This document shows, piece by piece, positions 1 to 10,391 of a stretch of DNA of 64,000 nt. Position 1 is the stretch's first letter. The number at the start of each line of letters is the position of its first letter. The stretch is from the IMG/VR virus record IMGVR_UViG_3300011116_001227; one strand, 5' to 3'. A program made the translations under genes and the position numbers. The stretch is from a virus (Duplodnaviria; Caudoviricetes). The notes beneath the pieces were generated by a model that was given only the letters and a program-made list of their open reading frames with translations, searched no databases and had not been told where the DNA came from.

Positions 1-156
1 TTGAAAAGGATCAAAAAGTGTGTAAGGATCAATTCTGTCTAAATAATACTTTGATAGCATTTTAAATCTCCTGTGTTTTATTGAGGCAATTGCCTCTGTG
101 AATCACAAGTTAATCATTAAGCTAAAAAAGGGAAGGCCTTCTCTAATTTTTTTTAA

Positions 157-414
157 TCAATCAAAAAGTTTTACTTGAGCGTCTAAGCCTTTTGTAGCAG
201 TCATCTTCGCTTCAAGATCTTTCAAGTACTTTTGATGTGCTTCTTCAATAGACTTTTTATAGTCAGGCTCAAGAACAAGCATGTCAGGATCGCTTTGATC
301 CTGCGTCAGGACAATCTGTCTCATCAAATCTGCGACGTCAATTCCCAATAAAAATCCTTCTTGAACAATCTGAACAATTCTGTGAAGCACGGAGTCTGAT
401 AATTTGTAATTCAT
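157..414 (-). CDS. hypothetical protein
   Basis: 85-aa ORF, co-oriented with neighbours, SD-like GAGG upstream; no family motif recognised. Confidence 0.6.
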   Translation of the reverse strand: MNYKLSDSVLHRIVQIVQEGFLLGIDVADLMRQIVLTQDQSDPDMLVLEPDYKKSIEEAHQKYLKDLEAKMTATKGLDAQVKLFD

Positions 415-455
415 ATTTCCTCTTTCAATTTTAAGTCAATTAAATTGAATGTACA

Positions 456-1049
456 TCAATGTCTTGGCAAAATTTTATTCAATTGCAAGGTCTTTTGAAT
501 CTGTCGAGCAATTATTTTTTTATCATTATTACAATTAACTAAGCTTGCTCTTTCATAATTTTCAAATGCCCATCTAGCGTACTCGATTCGAACTTTTTGT
601 TGTAGTTCTGAGTCGGATTCATAAGAATCTTCAGCTTCGTGAGAGTGCGATTTTCCGTGTAAGATTATTGTGTAATCAGGCTCTCTCAGACGCTTAGCTA
701 ATTCAAGTGTATATTCTTTGGAAACACCTTCAGCAGCACCATACACAACTGTAGACAAGCTCCATCGATCCATGATAATGTAGTCGTAATACCTTTCCAG
801 AGCTGACAAAGTAAACATCTGAAAAAACTTTCTATTAAGAAACTGAAACCACTGGAAGATTTTTGGAAACTTTTTCGCAAGGCCATTCTTAAGCATCCAA
901 TAGATGATCCGATAAGTTACTGCGGATCTAATTGGCACCTCTACCACAGCTGCACACAATCCAGTCCTAGCAATGTATTCCTGAAGAAGTCTTGTTTGTG
1001 TAAATTTCCCTACTCTATCTGGTCCTTCAACTACAATTATCTTGCTCAT
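456..1049 (-). CDS. tmk: thymidylate (dTMP) kinase
   Basis: N-terminal P-loop IVVEGPDRVGKFTQ, IMDRWSLS motif, PDYTIIL; adjacent to thyX. Confidence 0.85.
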   Translation of the reverse strand: MSKIIVVEGPDRVGKFTQTRLLQEYIARTGLCAAVVEVPIRSAVTYRIIYWMLKNGLAKKFPKIFQWFQFLNRKFFQMFTLSALERYYDYIIMDRWSLSTVVYGAAEGVSKEYTLELAKRLREPDYTIILHGKSHSHEAEDSYESDSELQQKVRIEYARWAFENYERASLVNCNNDKKIIARQIQKTLQLNKILPRH

Positions 1050-1705
1050 GCGAAAGGTCCTCGTAATTCACCATTGACCGTGAGGCCAAATGCTTCCATG
1101 GTGGAAGAAAAAGCCCCTGTAGATACTACCAAATCCAACATCTGCTTTGCAATGTCGCGGATCTCTATTTGAGAATGCTCAGAATATCGTAATCGAATAA
1201 AATGTACGAAACTTCGGAAGTTAAACATCACATCGGCAGTGATCTGATTTCCATAAGGAAGATACAGACGAGCAGATTCTTTTGCGCGCTTACGACTCAT
1301 TCCTCCTTGAACCAAGCGATCAAGCGCAGCATGATACTTCTGAAGACTAGATTCTAAGTGTTCTGTGTAGAGTTCCTGCTCAACTTGAGGCCAGTCTGTT
1401 GGAACATAGTACTTGTCTTCCTTAAGTTCCTTGTAACGAGCTGATTCTGCGTTGATAGAAACTCCAATACGATGTTTCAAGAGATGCACATGTGAAGCTA
1501 TGTCGGTTGTTACGAGGAAGCTAATTGAGCTTTTCTCGAATGGGGTCTCGTGACCATTCTCAGCAAGCATCTTGAGAAGATTAGGAATTCTGTTCTTCTT
1601 GTCTTCTGTAAGTTCACGTGATGTTGAAGTCCATGCAGAAAGTGCATGAGACTCGTCTGACCCATAAACCCCGATTAACTCTACCTTATTTGGTTGCGGA
1701 GGCAT
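1046..1705 (-). CDS. thyX: FAD-dependent thymidylate synthase ThyX
   Basis: HETPFE, KHRIGVSINAESARY (RHRxxSxxxxSxR-like signature), ARLYLP, NFRSFVHFIRLR, QIEIR. Confidence 0.92.
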   Translation of the reverse strand: MPPQPNKVELIGVYGSDESHALSAWTSTSRELTEDKKNRIPNLLKMLAENGHETPFEKSSISFLVTTDIASHVHLLKHRIGVSINAESARYKELKEDKYYVPTDWPQVEQELYTEHLESSLQKYHAALDRLVQGGMSRKRAKESARLYLPYGNQITADVMFNFRSFVHFIRLRYSEHSQIEIRDIAKQMLDLVVSTGAFSSTMEAFGLTVNGELRGPFA

Positions 1706-1744
1706 GGCCGTATATTAAACCATGCTAACATAATTGGATATATG

Positions 1745-2020
1745 TCAAGATTTTTTAAGTTTTTGAAGAGTCTCGTCAAACTTGCCAGGCATCTTTTCTG
1801 ATAGCATTTTGATTGCTTCAATTGCTTGCATGTAAGGAAGCTTTGAAGATATTAATTGCTCAGCCATAGAAATTAAAACCTCATCAGCAAGTGCGGAGTC
1901 ACCATTTAATTGATTATCAATCAACTTTAATTCTGGATCTGCCATCATTGACTCTTCATTGATAACATTTTGAATTTCTTCTGTGATGATCTTCCTGAGT
2001 TGTGTAGATGTAAGCTTCAT
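1745..2020 (-). CDS. small protein with MKLTxxQLRKIIxEE leader (candidate internal head protein)
   Basis: N-terminus MKLTSTQLRKIITEEIQN shared with four other small ORFs; SD GGAG upstream. Confidence 0.65.
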   Translation of the reverse strand: MKLTSTQLRKIITEEIQNVINEESMMADPELKLIDNQLNGDSALADEVLISMAEQLISSKLPYMQAIEAIKMLSEKMPGKFDETLQKLKKS

Positions 2021-2116
2021 GTTTTCTTCTCCAAACTATGATTATATATCGAGATGACTGGACAAATATGTCGTGTAAGACATATGAACAAATTAGACAA
2101 CATCATTGTGATATTA

Positions 2117-2449
2117 TCAATAGATTTGAAAAAACTTATCAAGATGACTTTTTGCTGCAGAATTGATATCTTTTTTCAATTCTTTAAGCAGAACAGCTAG
2201 TTGCTGTTGAAGTGCTCTTCTTGTTGATGGCTCAAGAGGTTGAGAATTAATTTGTGACAAAATCAATCTACCAATAGAATTAGAGAACTCTTCTGACATC
2301 TCGTCAATTTTAAATTCGGGGATAGAGCTGAGATTTCCTTGAGCATAAGATCTAGTAGACTCTCCTCTCCAACTTCCAAATTCATTTAAACGCTTCTTTA
2401 CATTGCTGTAAACAGCATTTTCTAAAGCATTTGTTTTTTTAATTTTCAT
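2117..2449 (-). CDS. hypothetical protein
   Basis: 110-aa ORF packed directly downstream of the RNR gene. Confidence 0.6.
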   Translation of the reverse strand: MKIKKTNALENAVYSNVKKRLNEFGSWRGESTRSYAQGNLSSIPEFKIDEMSEEFSNSIGRLILSQINSQPLEPSTRRALQQQLAVLLKELKKDINSAAKSHLDKFFQIY

Positions 2450-2467
2450 AAAAAGTAATTAGGCACA

Positions 2468-5053
2468 TTATGCGCACTTTGACCAACCGCAAGATACACA
2501 GGTGGCACATCCTTCTTTATAAACAATTCCTTCAAGACCACAAGAACCACAGACCTTGTCGGAATTTGATTTTGTTCCATCTGGAATATAGCTCTTTAGA
2601 ACACGAGCTATCGCCTTAGAGAAAGACTGCATTCCGCTGTGTTTATCTTTCTGTAACTGTTCAACAACATATTGAACAGGTACTCCGTGACGAAGAGCAA
2701 GCGAAAGGGTGCGAGTCATTGCTCCATGGTTTGGATTTGAAAATAATTCTACGACATCCTTGAACAGAAGGTGATCATCGTCTCCAACTGGGATTTGAAG
2801 GTTATATGTTGCTACGCCGTCCTTCTTACCGTTCTTGATCAGTGTTCCAGTCTTGGATTTCTTTGGAACTTCAACATGTTGGGATAGGCCGCAGAAGATC
2901 TCGTAAGGATTTCCTTCAAGCTTACCAACCAACACCAAGTAGCTCTCGTTGTCACCACCTGCCCTCACGTTAATTCGATGAATATCGCAGGTTAATTCCT
3001 TGGGTCGCTTTGGCGCATGACTTTCTACCATGGTCTCTGGTTGACCATCAACATCTGCTTTCTTTTCTTCGGGCTTTGTCTCGGCCACAAGAACACCTGT
3101 TCGGCAACCATCACGGTATACAGTGAATCCTTTACAACCTGACTCCCAAGCTGACATGTAAACTTCAGCGACTAAATCTCTTGAAACGTCGTTAGGCAGA
3201 TTACAAGTTTTTGAAATTGCATGGCACACCCATCGTTGTGCAGCTGCCTGTAATTTAACGGAATTTTTCCAGTCAATGTCGTTTGCTGTTCCACCACAAT
3301 ATGGAGACTCTGCAACGTTCTCCTCAGTCTTGTGGTTGACCTCCATCCATTTCTTAAATGCATGGTGGTAGACCATGAACTCCTGCCACTTATCGCCGAG
3401 TGGATCGACGAAGTCAACCTTAACATTAGGATCATCACCGTTGACCTTCTTGCGGCGCTTGTAGAACAACATGAATGCCGGTTCGATACCGGATGTGGTC
3501 TGGGTAAGAACCGAGACTGATCCGGCAGGAGCTGTTGTTGTCAAGGCAATGTTTCTACGGCCGAACTTCTTGTAATCAGCCACGAGATCTGGATTTGCCG
3601 CTAGAATCTGTTGGATGAAGGGATGATCTGCTTCAAGCTCGTGAGAGAACATAGGGAATGCTCCACGTTCCTCGGCCATCAGTATCGAAGATCGGTACGC
3701 ATACATGGCAACATTCTTATAGATCGATTCAGTCATCTCGATGGATGTATCTGATCCGTATACAAAATTCATGGCGGCTAGGGTATCTCCGATTGCCGTT
3801 ACGCCAAGACCCGTCCTTCGACCACCAAGAGTTGCTGACTTAATTTTTTTCCAAAGGTTGATCTCAGGTTTCTTAACATCTTCGGACTCAGGATCTTCTG
3901 AGATCTTGTCTATGATCTTATCTACGGCTTCAGCTTCAAGATCGACAAGGTCGTCCATCAGTCGCTGAGCCTTGACAATTACCTCCTTGAAGGCGACTGT
4001 GTCAAACGATGCTGCAGAAGTGAATGGATTCTTAACAAACTTATAGACATTGACGAGCAACAATCTGCAAGAATCGTATGGAGACAAAACAAGTTCTGCG
4101 CAAGGATTGCATGAGACGCTTCCATAACCTACACTTGCATATGCTTCGGTAGGAGTACGCTTCTTGACAGTGTCCCAAAACAGAAGACCGGGTTCGGCTG
4201 ATGACCAAGCGGCATCGATTATCTGATCCCAAATTTTTTTTGCTTTGACAATCTTTATTACCTTTGCTTCTGCTAAAGGAACATCAACTGGCCATTGTAA
4301 TGTAAAATCGATGTCATCTTTTACGGCTTGCATGAATTCATCGGTGAGACGAATCGAAATATTGGCTCCGGTCACTTTCTTAAGATCACGCTTAATGTTG
4401 ATAAAAGTTTCAATTTCGGGATGTTTTATGGAAATAGTTTGCATGAGGGCTCCACGTCTTCCACCTTGCGCAACCTCACGGCACGTGTTGGAGAATCGTT
4501 CCATAAAGACACCAATGCCATCTGTTGTACCCGCAGCATTTGCTGTATTCATACCCTTAGGACGAATCGTAGAAATATCAAAACCTACTCCGCCTCGACG
4601 CTTCATGATCTGAGCTTGTTCTTGATCAGCGAAAAGAATTCCGCCGTAAGAATCCTGGGGCGAATCGATGACGAAACAATTTGATAGAGATTGTAGCTTG
4701 TGTTCATTTCCAATCGCTGACATTGGAGAACCTTGAGGAACCACAGAACCTAGGCCGCGAGATTCCTTGGCAAGTTCTTCAAGTGACATCTTTTCGCGCT
4801 GAGAAGCATCGATGTGATCGACATCCGCAAGAAGACAGAAGATCTCCTTCTCCGTCATTGGGTTTGGATACTTTGCTTCGATCCTAGCGAATTCACGAGC
4901 CAAGCGGCGGTGCATGTCTGAAGGAGTCAACTCCAGCAGATCATCTTTTGGAGTCCTGAGGGCGTACTTATCTACGAAAACCGATGATGCTAATTCATCA
5001 CCGTTAAAATACTTGAGTGATGCTTGATATGCTTGTTCGCGTGTGTAAGACAT
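2468..5053 (-). CDS. nrdJ: class II (adenosylcobalamin-dependent) ribonucleotide reductase
   Basis: SLSNCFV, GGVGFDISTIRP, RRGALM, NPCAE catalytic motif, TTAPAGSVS, HAISKTCNLP, C-terminal TSCPD-like region and CxxC...CxxC ribbon; no small-subunit gene nearby. Confidence 0.9.
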   Translation of the reverse strand: MSYTREQAYQASLKYFNGDELASSVFVDKYALRTPKDDLLELTPSDMHRRLAREFARIEAKYPNPMTEKEIFCLLADVDHIDASQREKMSLEELAKESRGLGSVVPQGSPMSAIGNEHKLQSLSNCFVIDSPQDSYGGILFADQEQAQIMKRRGGVGFDISTIRPKGMNTANAAGTTDGIGVFMERFSNTCREVAQGGRRGALMQTISIKHPEIETFINIKRDLKKVTGANISIRLTDEFMQAVKDDIDFTLQWPVDVPLAEAKVIKIVKAKKIWDQIIDAAWSSAEPGLLFWDTVKKRTPTEAYASVGYGSVSCNPCAELVLSPYDSCRLLLVNVYKFVKNPFTSAASFDTVAFKEVIVKAQRLMDDLVDLEAEAVDKIIDKISEDPESEDVKKPEINLWKKIKSATLGGRRTGLGVTAIGDTLAAMNFVYGSDTSIEMTESIYKNVAMYAYRSSILMAEERGAFPMFSHELEADHPFIQQILAANPDLVADYKKFGRRNIALTTTAPAGSVSVLTQTTSGIEPAFMLFYKRRKKVNGDDPNVKVDFVDPLGDKWQEFMVYHHAFKKWMEVNHKTEENVAESPYCGGTANDIDWKNSVKLQAAAQRWVCHAISKTCNLPNDVSRDLVAEVYMSAWESGCKGFTVYRDGCRTGVLVAETKPEEKKADVDGQPETMVESHAPKRPKELTCDIHRINVRAGGDNESYLVLVGKLEGNPYEIFCGLSQHVEVPKKSKTGTLIKNGKKDGVATYNLQIPVGDDDHLLFKDVVELFSNPNHGAMTRTLSLALRHGVPVQYVVEQLQKDKHSGMQSFSKAIARVLKSYIPDGTKSNSDKVCGSCGLEGIVYKEGCATCVSCGWSKCA

Positions 5054-5080
5054 AAAATTAACTTTCAGTTGAGTTTTTAA

Positions 5081-6523
5081 TTATACAATGTTCTGTGAAG
5101 AAGGATTAGCTTCAGCTTTCTTTCCTGGGAATTCTTTTTTTAATTCATCCCATTTTGCTTTCAATGCTTTCTTTTGCATTTCTTCGTCAGAAGCTGTAAT
5201 AACTTCTGGTGTGTCTGCAGTTCCGACAATCTCAAATTGACTTCTTGCTGTATTGATCTTAGCTGGATAAACCAGACCATCTCTACCTGCACGGTTCTTT
5301 GCAACGTACAACCTACCCCATCCAGATGCCTTCTCGTGTGACCTTCTAGACACAGAGATGATGAAGTCACAGATCATTGCCTTGCCGTATGCTTCTGACA
5401 TGTTCGTCATGTCAATGATTTCTGCATTTGCTCCCTCTTTGTTGGATTGTGATGCAGTCCAGACAGGAATGCCATATTCCATCGCAAATCCTCTAAGCTC
5501 TTCATATACGAGCTTTAATTCATGACGCAGAGAATCAAACTGTCGAGTCGATCTCATAATGTCTGCATAATCGATAATGATGATGTCTGGTCTAAAGCCC
5601 TTCAAATCCAATCGTTCGACATGCGATCGAATAGTGAAGATGGATGCTGTGTTCGTGGGATATTCTTTAATGAATAGCCGACCAAGGTGCTTGTTATCTT
5701 CATAGAACTTTTTGACCTCATCCTTGCGATCCATGACTTCATTAGAATCCATGTCACAAAGATTAGAATCATAACGGATACCTACTGCCGTTTCAGACAA
5801 CTCAAAGGTATAGTGAAGAACATTTCTACCGTTTCTTAGTGCATTGGCACCGATCATGGTCAAGAAGTGAGACTTACCTGAACCAGAACCACCGACGACA
5901 CATAGCAGCTCTCCCTTACCAGAACCACCGTTGAGCAATTCTTTCTTATCCAATTCAGGAATACCAGTTGGAATCGTGTCTCGCTTTAGACGGGTAAACC
6001 GCGCATCCATCTCGTTAAAAAAGTCGTGGCCGACAGATGGAGCCGTTCCAATCTGGACTGCTTTTTTAATTGATTCGACGATTGCTTCGTACTTATTAGC
6101 CTGCATTTGATCAACAGCATTCTCAAGAGCTGCCTTGAGCGCTTGTTTTCGGCAGAAATCAAGTGACTTATCCTTCACAAATTGAAGGTCACCGATGTCG
6201 GGATTAGTCTTAATTCTATGAAGATATTCTACAATTTGATCTCTTAAAATCGTATCTGTGCCAGTCTTAAGATCGTCTCTAATGATTGTGACGAGCAGAT
6301 TAAGTGTAGGAAACACCTTGTATTTCTTAGAATAAGCGAAGTATCTATCAGCAAGAAATTTCAGGTAATTAATCTCGAAGTATGCGATATCGACAACTTC
6401 AGTCATTTGCTCTGCCCATTTTGTGTCTGTGAGCAAAGCTTGAACAAGCTTTTCTTGAAAAGTCTTTCCAAACTGTCCGAAAGATGCTCCGCTAGTTCTG
6501 ACTACATTTTCACTATCAGTCAT
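5081..6523 (-). CDS. dnaB: replicative DNA helicase (DnaB / T4 gp41-like)
   Basis: Walker A GGSGSGKSH, HYTFELSE, IIIDYADIM, WTASQSNK, KNRAGRDG. Confidence 0.9.
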   Translation of the reverse strand: MTDSENVVRTSGASFGQFGKTFQEKLVQALLTDTKWAEQMTEVVDIAYFEINYLKFLADRYFAYSKKYKVFPTLNLLVTIIRDDLKTGTDTILRDQIVEYLHRIKTNPDIGDLQFVKDKSLDFCRKQALKAALENAVDQMQANKYEAIVESIKKAVQIGTAPSVGHDFFNEMDARFTRLKRDTIPTGIPELDKKELLNGGSGKGELLCVVGGSGSGKSHFLTMIGANALRNGRNVLHYTFELSETAVGIRYDSNLCDMDSNEVMDRKDEVKKFYEDNKHLGRLFIKEYPTNTASIFTIRSHVERLDLKGFRPDIIIIDYADIMRSTRQFDSLRHELKLVYEELRGFAMEYGIPVWTASQSNKEGANAEIIDMTNMSEAYGKAMICDFIISVSRRSHEKASGWGRLYVAKNRAGRDGLVYPAKINTARSQFEIVGTADTPEVITASDEEMQKKALKAKWDELKKEFPGKKAEANPSSQNIV

Positions 6524-7515
6524 GATGCGTCCTTAATTTTCTCTTTAAAACTTTGAATGCAGGATAAATCGTAAAAGAAACGATCGGTGTCAAAATCGTT
6601 AATTCCTTCTTTGATAAGGGACCTGATCAGCTCAATCCTATTCGACTTGGGCTCAAATGTATCGATAACATTTTGAATCTTTGAGATCTGATCTCCTGAA
6701 AGCATGCTTCCGTCAAGATGTACAAGATTCCAGTTTCTTCTAACAATTGAAGATTCATCGTAAACTCTTTTGTAGATAACACTCTCTGACGAGTGACTGG
6801 CTGCGTAGTTTAAAACATCTTGCAGCAGTGCAGATTCTTCTTTGCAGAGAAATGGAAACTTAGAAGATACAGTTTTAAAGCCTAAGCCTTTTACACCCGG
6901 AATATTGTCTGAAGTATCACCGCACAAAGCTTTTGCAATTGCAAAATTATTTGCGTGAATCTTATACTCTTTTAAGACATCATCGCTGGTGACAAAACAC
7001 TTCTTGTGCATAGAATAAACTTTTGTCTTTTCGTCTAGCAGCTGAAGCATATCTTTGTCAGAAGACACAATAATCTTTTCAGCGTTTCTAAATGGTCCTC
7101 TGCAAAGAAATGCAATGATATCATCGCCTTCACAGTTAGAAACGTAAGTCTGACAAACAGGTATAGACTTAAGCATTCTAAGAAGAGAAACAAGCTGATC
7201 TTGCTTGTTCTTTTCTGTGTCAGGAATGTCATCGCCGTAAAATCTATTTAATTTTTCAGGACGTCTATTCTTCTTATATTCTGGATATAAATTTCTGCGA
7301 CGCTGCGATCCACCACCCTCCCAAGCAATATAAACTGCGATAGGTGAAATTTCTCTGACGAGCTTCTGCAGCGTCTTTAAAAATCCTATACATCCACCCA
7401 CTTGATGACCATTGGTCGACATCTGTGGAAATGCTGCCCATGATCTGACGAATAAATTCATACCGTCAATTAAGAGAACAGGTCTCATATTTCTATTCTT
7501 TGTTAAAGAATTCAA
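6520..7515 (-). CDS. 5'-3' exonuclease / flap endonuclease (T4 RNase H-like)
   Basis: LLIDGMNLFVR, EGDDIIAFL, VSSDKDMLQL, ALCGDTSDNIPGVKGLGFKT (helix-3-turn-helix motif). Confidence 0.9.
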   Translation of the reverse strand: MNSLTKNRNMRPVLLIDGMNLFVRSWAAFPQMSTNGHQVGGCIGFLKTLQKLVREISPIAVYIAWEGGGSQRRRNLYPEYKKNRRPEKLNRFYGDDIPDTEKNKQDQLVSLLRMLKSIPVCQTYVSNCEGDDIIAFLCRGPFRNAEKIIVSSDKDMLQLLDEKTKVYSMHKKCFVTSDDVLKEYKIHANNFAIAKALCGDTSDNIPGVKGLGFKTVSSKFPFLCKEESALLQDVLNYAASHSSESVIYKRVYDESSIVRRNWNLVHLDGSMLSGDQISKIQNVIDTFEPKSNRIELIRSLIKEGINDFDTDRFFYDLSCIQSFKEKIKDAS

Positions 7516-7534
7516 ATTTAAAAGAAGTCATTTG

Positions 7535-7786
7535 TTAAGACTTCTGATTTTTTCTTTTTGTCTTGCTTAATTTAGATACTTCTTTTACAACTTCTTTAAC
7601 GTCTGTCTGATTAGACAAATCTTCAGAAGATGTCTTGTTGGCAGAAAAAATTTTATTTGAAAGTTTCATTTTGCTGCAATCGTCAAGCTTAGATTTTTGA
7701 GCAAAAATCTTTAAAATAGAATCTATTCTTCCAAGCATGTAGCCAGATATGAACAGCAAAAATCCAAGTGCTTCACTTATTTTCAT
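7535..7786 (-). CDS. small protein with N-terminal hydrophobic segment
   Basis: ALGFLLFISGYMLG hydrophobic stretch followed by a Lys-rich tail; GAGG SD and ATAGTTA motif upstream. Confidence 0.55.
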   Translation of the reverse strand: MKISEALGFLLFISGYMLGRIDSILKIFAQKSKLDDCSKMKLSNKIFSANKTSSEDLSNQTDVKEVVKEVSKLSKTKRKNQKS

Positions 7787-7801
7787 GAAAACCTCGAGTT
7801 C

Positions 7802-7808
7802 TAACTAT
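7802..7808 (-). promoter_or_regulatory. putative late promoter motif ATANTTA (ATAGTTA)
   Basis: exact motif 15 nt upstream of the 7786 start; the motif recurs before many late genes. Confidence 0.4.
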
Positions 7809-7815
7809 GCAGTTA

Positions 7816-8304
7816 CTAGACACCTGTACTTCCAAATCCGCCTTCTCCTCGATCAGTCTCAGAAATAGCTGAAGACTTCTGGAAGATGGCTTGAAAAATC
7901 GGGAAAAACATTAGCTGTGCAATCCTATCACCTTTTTTAACAATAAAATCTTCCCGGCCTGAGTTGTACAGGATCACCTTTACCTCCCCGCGGTAATCGT
8001 TGTCTACGAGACCAGGAGCATTTAATACCTGAATTCCATTCTTGGCCGCTAGACCAGACCTGGAACAAACTTGTGCTGCAAATCCAGATGGAATTTCCAT
8101 CTTCAATCCCGTACCAACAACCAATCGAGATCCAGAAGGAATTACGACGTTGTCGGTTGACATGAGATCACACCCTGCAGAACCTGATGTTTGATACGCA
8201 GGAATCAAAGAATCATCATCTGTGATTACTTTGATCCAAATTGGATTCGTTGGTCGTTCAGTCATCTGATCCTCCGTCATCAGTAATGTTGTCATCTGCT
8301 TCAT
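7816..8304 (-). CDS. dut: trimeric dUTPase
   Basis: SAGCDL, RSGLAAK, GLVDNDYRGEVKV, RIAQL, RGEGGFGSTG (five dUTPase motifs); true start may be a later Met. Confidence 0.93.
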   Translation of the reverse strand: MKQMTTLLMTEDQMTERPTNPIWIKVITDDDSLIPAYQTSGSAGCDLMSTDNVVIPSGSRLVVGTGLKMEIPSGFAAQVCSRSGLAAKNGIQVLNAPGLVDNDYRGEVKVILYNSGREDFIVKKGDRIAQLMFFPIFQAIFQKSSAISETDRGEGGFGSTGV

Positions 8305-9457
8305 TCGAATCTACGGCAGGTCCAGCAACTAGTGTTAATGCACAATCAATTGCTTCCATCAACCATGGACCATGTTTGGCATCTCGTAGAAGTTCACCAA
8401 ACTCAGACTTGTAGAATTTCTTCTCTACAATGACCTCACCTGTCTTATCATCGACGACACTGAGTTCTTTCCACGCACCTTCTCCAGAAATATTGATTGT
8501 CTTACCTTTTCGTTTGATGAATCCAGTGTCCTTGCAATAAGAACGAACCTGGTCGAAAAGGTATTCATCCTCAACAATTCCCTTACCAAAGATGATGTCA
8601 AATTCGCACTTACGGAACGGAGGAGCAACCTTGTTCTTCTTAATCGTGGCGATAACGTGAATTCCAATAACGTTACCAGCCTTGTCCTTTACTTGCGTTC
8701 CAGATGTTAGCTTCAATCGAATTGATGCATGATAAGGAATTGACTTTCCTCCAGGCGTGACATCAGGATCTCCGTGAAGTACTCCGATAGCAGTGCGCAG
8801 CTGATTTAGACATAGAAGGGTCACATTGTTCTGTCCAATAACACCAGTGATCTTGCGCATGCCCTTTGAGATGACTCGTGCCTGAAGACCAATTGTGTTA
8901 TCCTCATACTCGCCATCCAGCTCTGCTTTAGGGGATGTCGCTGCCACAGAATCCCAGATGACTAAAATTGGAACATTCTTATCAAGGATCTGCTTGGCCT
9001 TTGTGATTGTAGACTCAATGATCGAAAACACTTCTTCTGTGCAGTGTGAATCGCAATACACAAATCGCTTACGAACATCGATTCCCATCGTCGCCAGCTT
9101 GGCAACAGGAGTTGCATTCTCGGTATCGACATAAACAACAAGACCACCAAGCTTTTGAGCCATGGCCGCTGCGTGGTAGGCAAGGTGAGACTTACCGATG
9201 GATGGCGCGCCAGAGATCTCAATGATTCGACCCTCTGGGTAACCACCATGGGTGGCATTTCGAATTGCATAGTTTAATTGAATTGAACCTGTGTCCAACC
9301 ATCGTTTGACAACAGTTGGAGCTTCATCTTCACCAAGGTTATATGCAATCCTTTGACCGAACTCTTTGTTTAGAGCCTTGATCAGGTCATTTGTCATGTT
9401 CGCTACTGTGCTGTCATCTTCAACTTCAAGATCATCAACCTTTGATTTCTTTGCCAT
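8258..9457 (-). CDS. recA: RecA-family recombinase
   Basis: GRIIEISGAPSIGKS Walker A, VIWDSVAA, GLQARVISKGMRK, NQLR, TPGGKSIPYHASIRL, KNKVAPPF; start taken at MAKKSK (9457) rather than 9496. Confidence 0.93.
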   Translation of the reverse strand: MAKKSKVDDLEVEDDSTVANMTNDLIKALNKEFGQRIAYNLGEDEAPTVVKRWLDTGSIQLNYAIRNATHGGYPEGRIIEISGAPSIGKSHLAYHAAAMAQKLGGLVVYVDTENATPVAKLATMGIDVRKRFVYCDSHCTEEVFSIIESTITKAKQILDKNVPILVIWDSVAATSPKAELDGEYEDNTIGLQARVISKGMRKITGVIGQNNVTLLCLNQLRTAIGVLHGDPDVTPGGKSIPYHASIRLKLTSGTQVKDKAGNVIGIHVIATIKKNKVAPPFRKCEFDIIFGKGIVEDEYLFDQVRSYCKDTGFIKRKGKTINISGEGAWKELSVVDDKTGEVIVEKKFYKSEFGELLRDAKHGPWLMEAIDCALTLVAGPAVDSNEADDNITDDGGSDD

Positions 9458-9494
9458 ATGATCTACTATTATCTCCTTAATGTGCAAATAGTAC

Positions 9495-9527
9495 AAACGC
9501 CGAAAACCTTTTCGATTCCCGGCGTTT
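9495..9527 (-). terminator. intrinsic terminator-like hairpin after the SSB gene
   Basis: minus-strand stem AAACGCCGGGA / TTTCGGCGTTT (with G-U pairs) between the gp32-like gene and recA. Confidence 0.6.
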
Positions 9528-9548
9528 ATTAAGCATTAAGTGGTGCTA

Positions 9549-10391
9549 TCATTCACTCATAAGATCAGCAAAAGCATCATCAAGAGATTGTTTCTTGTTG
9601 CTCTTTGACTCAGACGTATCTTTCTTAGACTTCTTGTCTTGAGGTGTTGTCTTGATTTCTGATGTTAGAGAATCAAGTTCGTCTGAAACCGATGTTCCTC
9701 GAGATGTACCTTCGCTCTTGTCTGATTCAGAAGATGTTCCTCCGTTCAGCCAATTATTAAGAATTGTCTCAATTTCTTGAGTTGTCTTTAGTCGGTACAT
9801 GTCGTCTAGATTCGGAATCGTATTCAGCCAAGTTTCCATCTGCTTTGCATCCTCGTGCAACTTTGATGGACGACGAGCTGGATCAACCGTCGTATCATTA
9901 AATTGCTTGCCAGGCTGCTTAGTAATTGATACCTTTAAGTCAAATCCTTCTGTAGGAGAAAGAATATCGCCTACTTCCTCATCAAGAAAGAAGCTTAACA
10001 TTCGCTGATAGACCAACTTGCCAAAGCTCCACACCTGGACTCCCTTGTCTTCTTCGCCGCGAACGATAACAGGCGCATAGCAACGCATCTTTGGCGCCAG
10101 TTTCTTGGCAAGATTACGATCGTCTGGCTTGCCGCTACTGTACAACTTTCGAATCAAATCATTAATTGGATCAGGCTTTCCAAACTGATTTGGAGCAAGA
10201 ATACCTGCATTATCACCGATATAATAGAACCACCTCTCTGCAAAAGGTTGACCATCTGGTGAATTCTTCCATGGAAGACAACGAATCTTATGTTCACCAA
10301 GCTGTGGCTTCCACATTTGGATCGATGAGGTCTTCTTAACACCGCTAAGTTCTGCGACACGCTTCTTAATTGCTTCTAGATCAATAGCCAT
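9549..10391 (-). CDS. gp32: single-stranded DNA-binding protein (T4 gp32-like)
   Basis: WKPQLGEHKIRCLP, PDPI, GVQVWSFGKLVYQ, DILSPTEGFDLKV, acidic C-terminal tail LDDAFADLMSE. Confidence 0.85.
   Translation of the reverse strand: MAIDLEAIKKRVAELSGVKKTSSIQMWKPQLGEHKIRCLPWKNSPDGQPFAERWFYYIGDNAGILAPNQFGKPDPINDLIRKLYSSGKPDDRNLAKKLAPKMRCYAPVIVRGEEDKGVQVWSFGKLVYQRMLSFFLDEEVGDILSPTEGFDLKVSITKQPGKQFNDTTVDPARRPSKLHEDAKQMETWLNTIPNLDDMYRLKTTQEIETILNNWLNGGTSSESDKSEGTSRGTSVSDELDSLTSEIKTTPQDKKSKKDTSESKSNKKQSLDDAFADLMSE

Noticed and set aside
2468-5053. Intron or intein in the ribonucleotide reductase
   Set aside because: The ORF is continuous and of ordinary length, with no Hint motifs.
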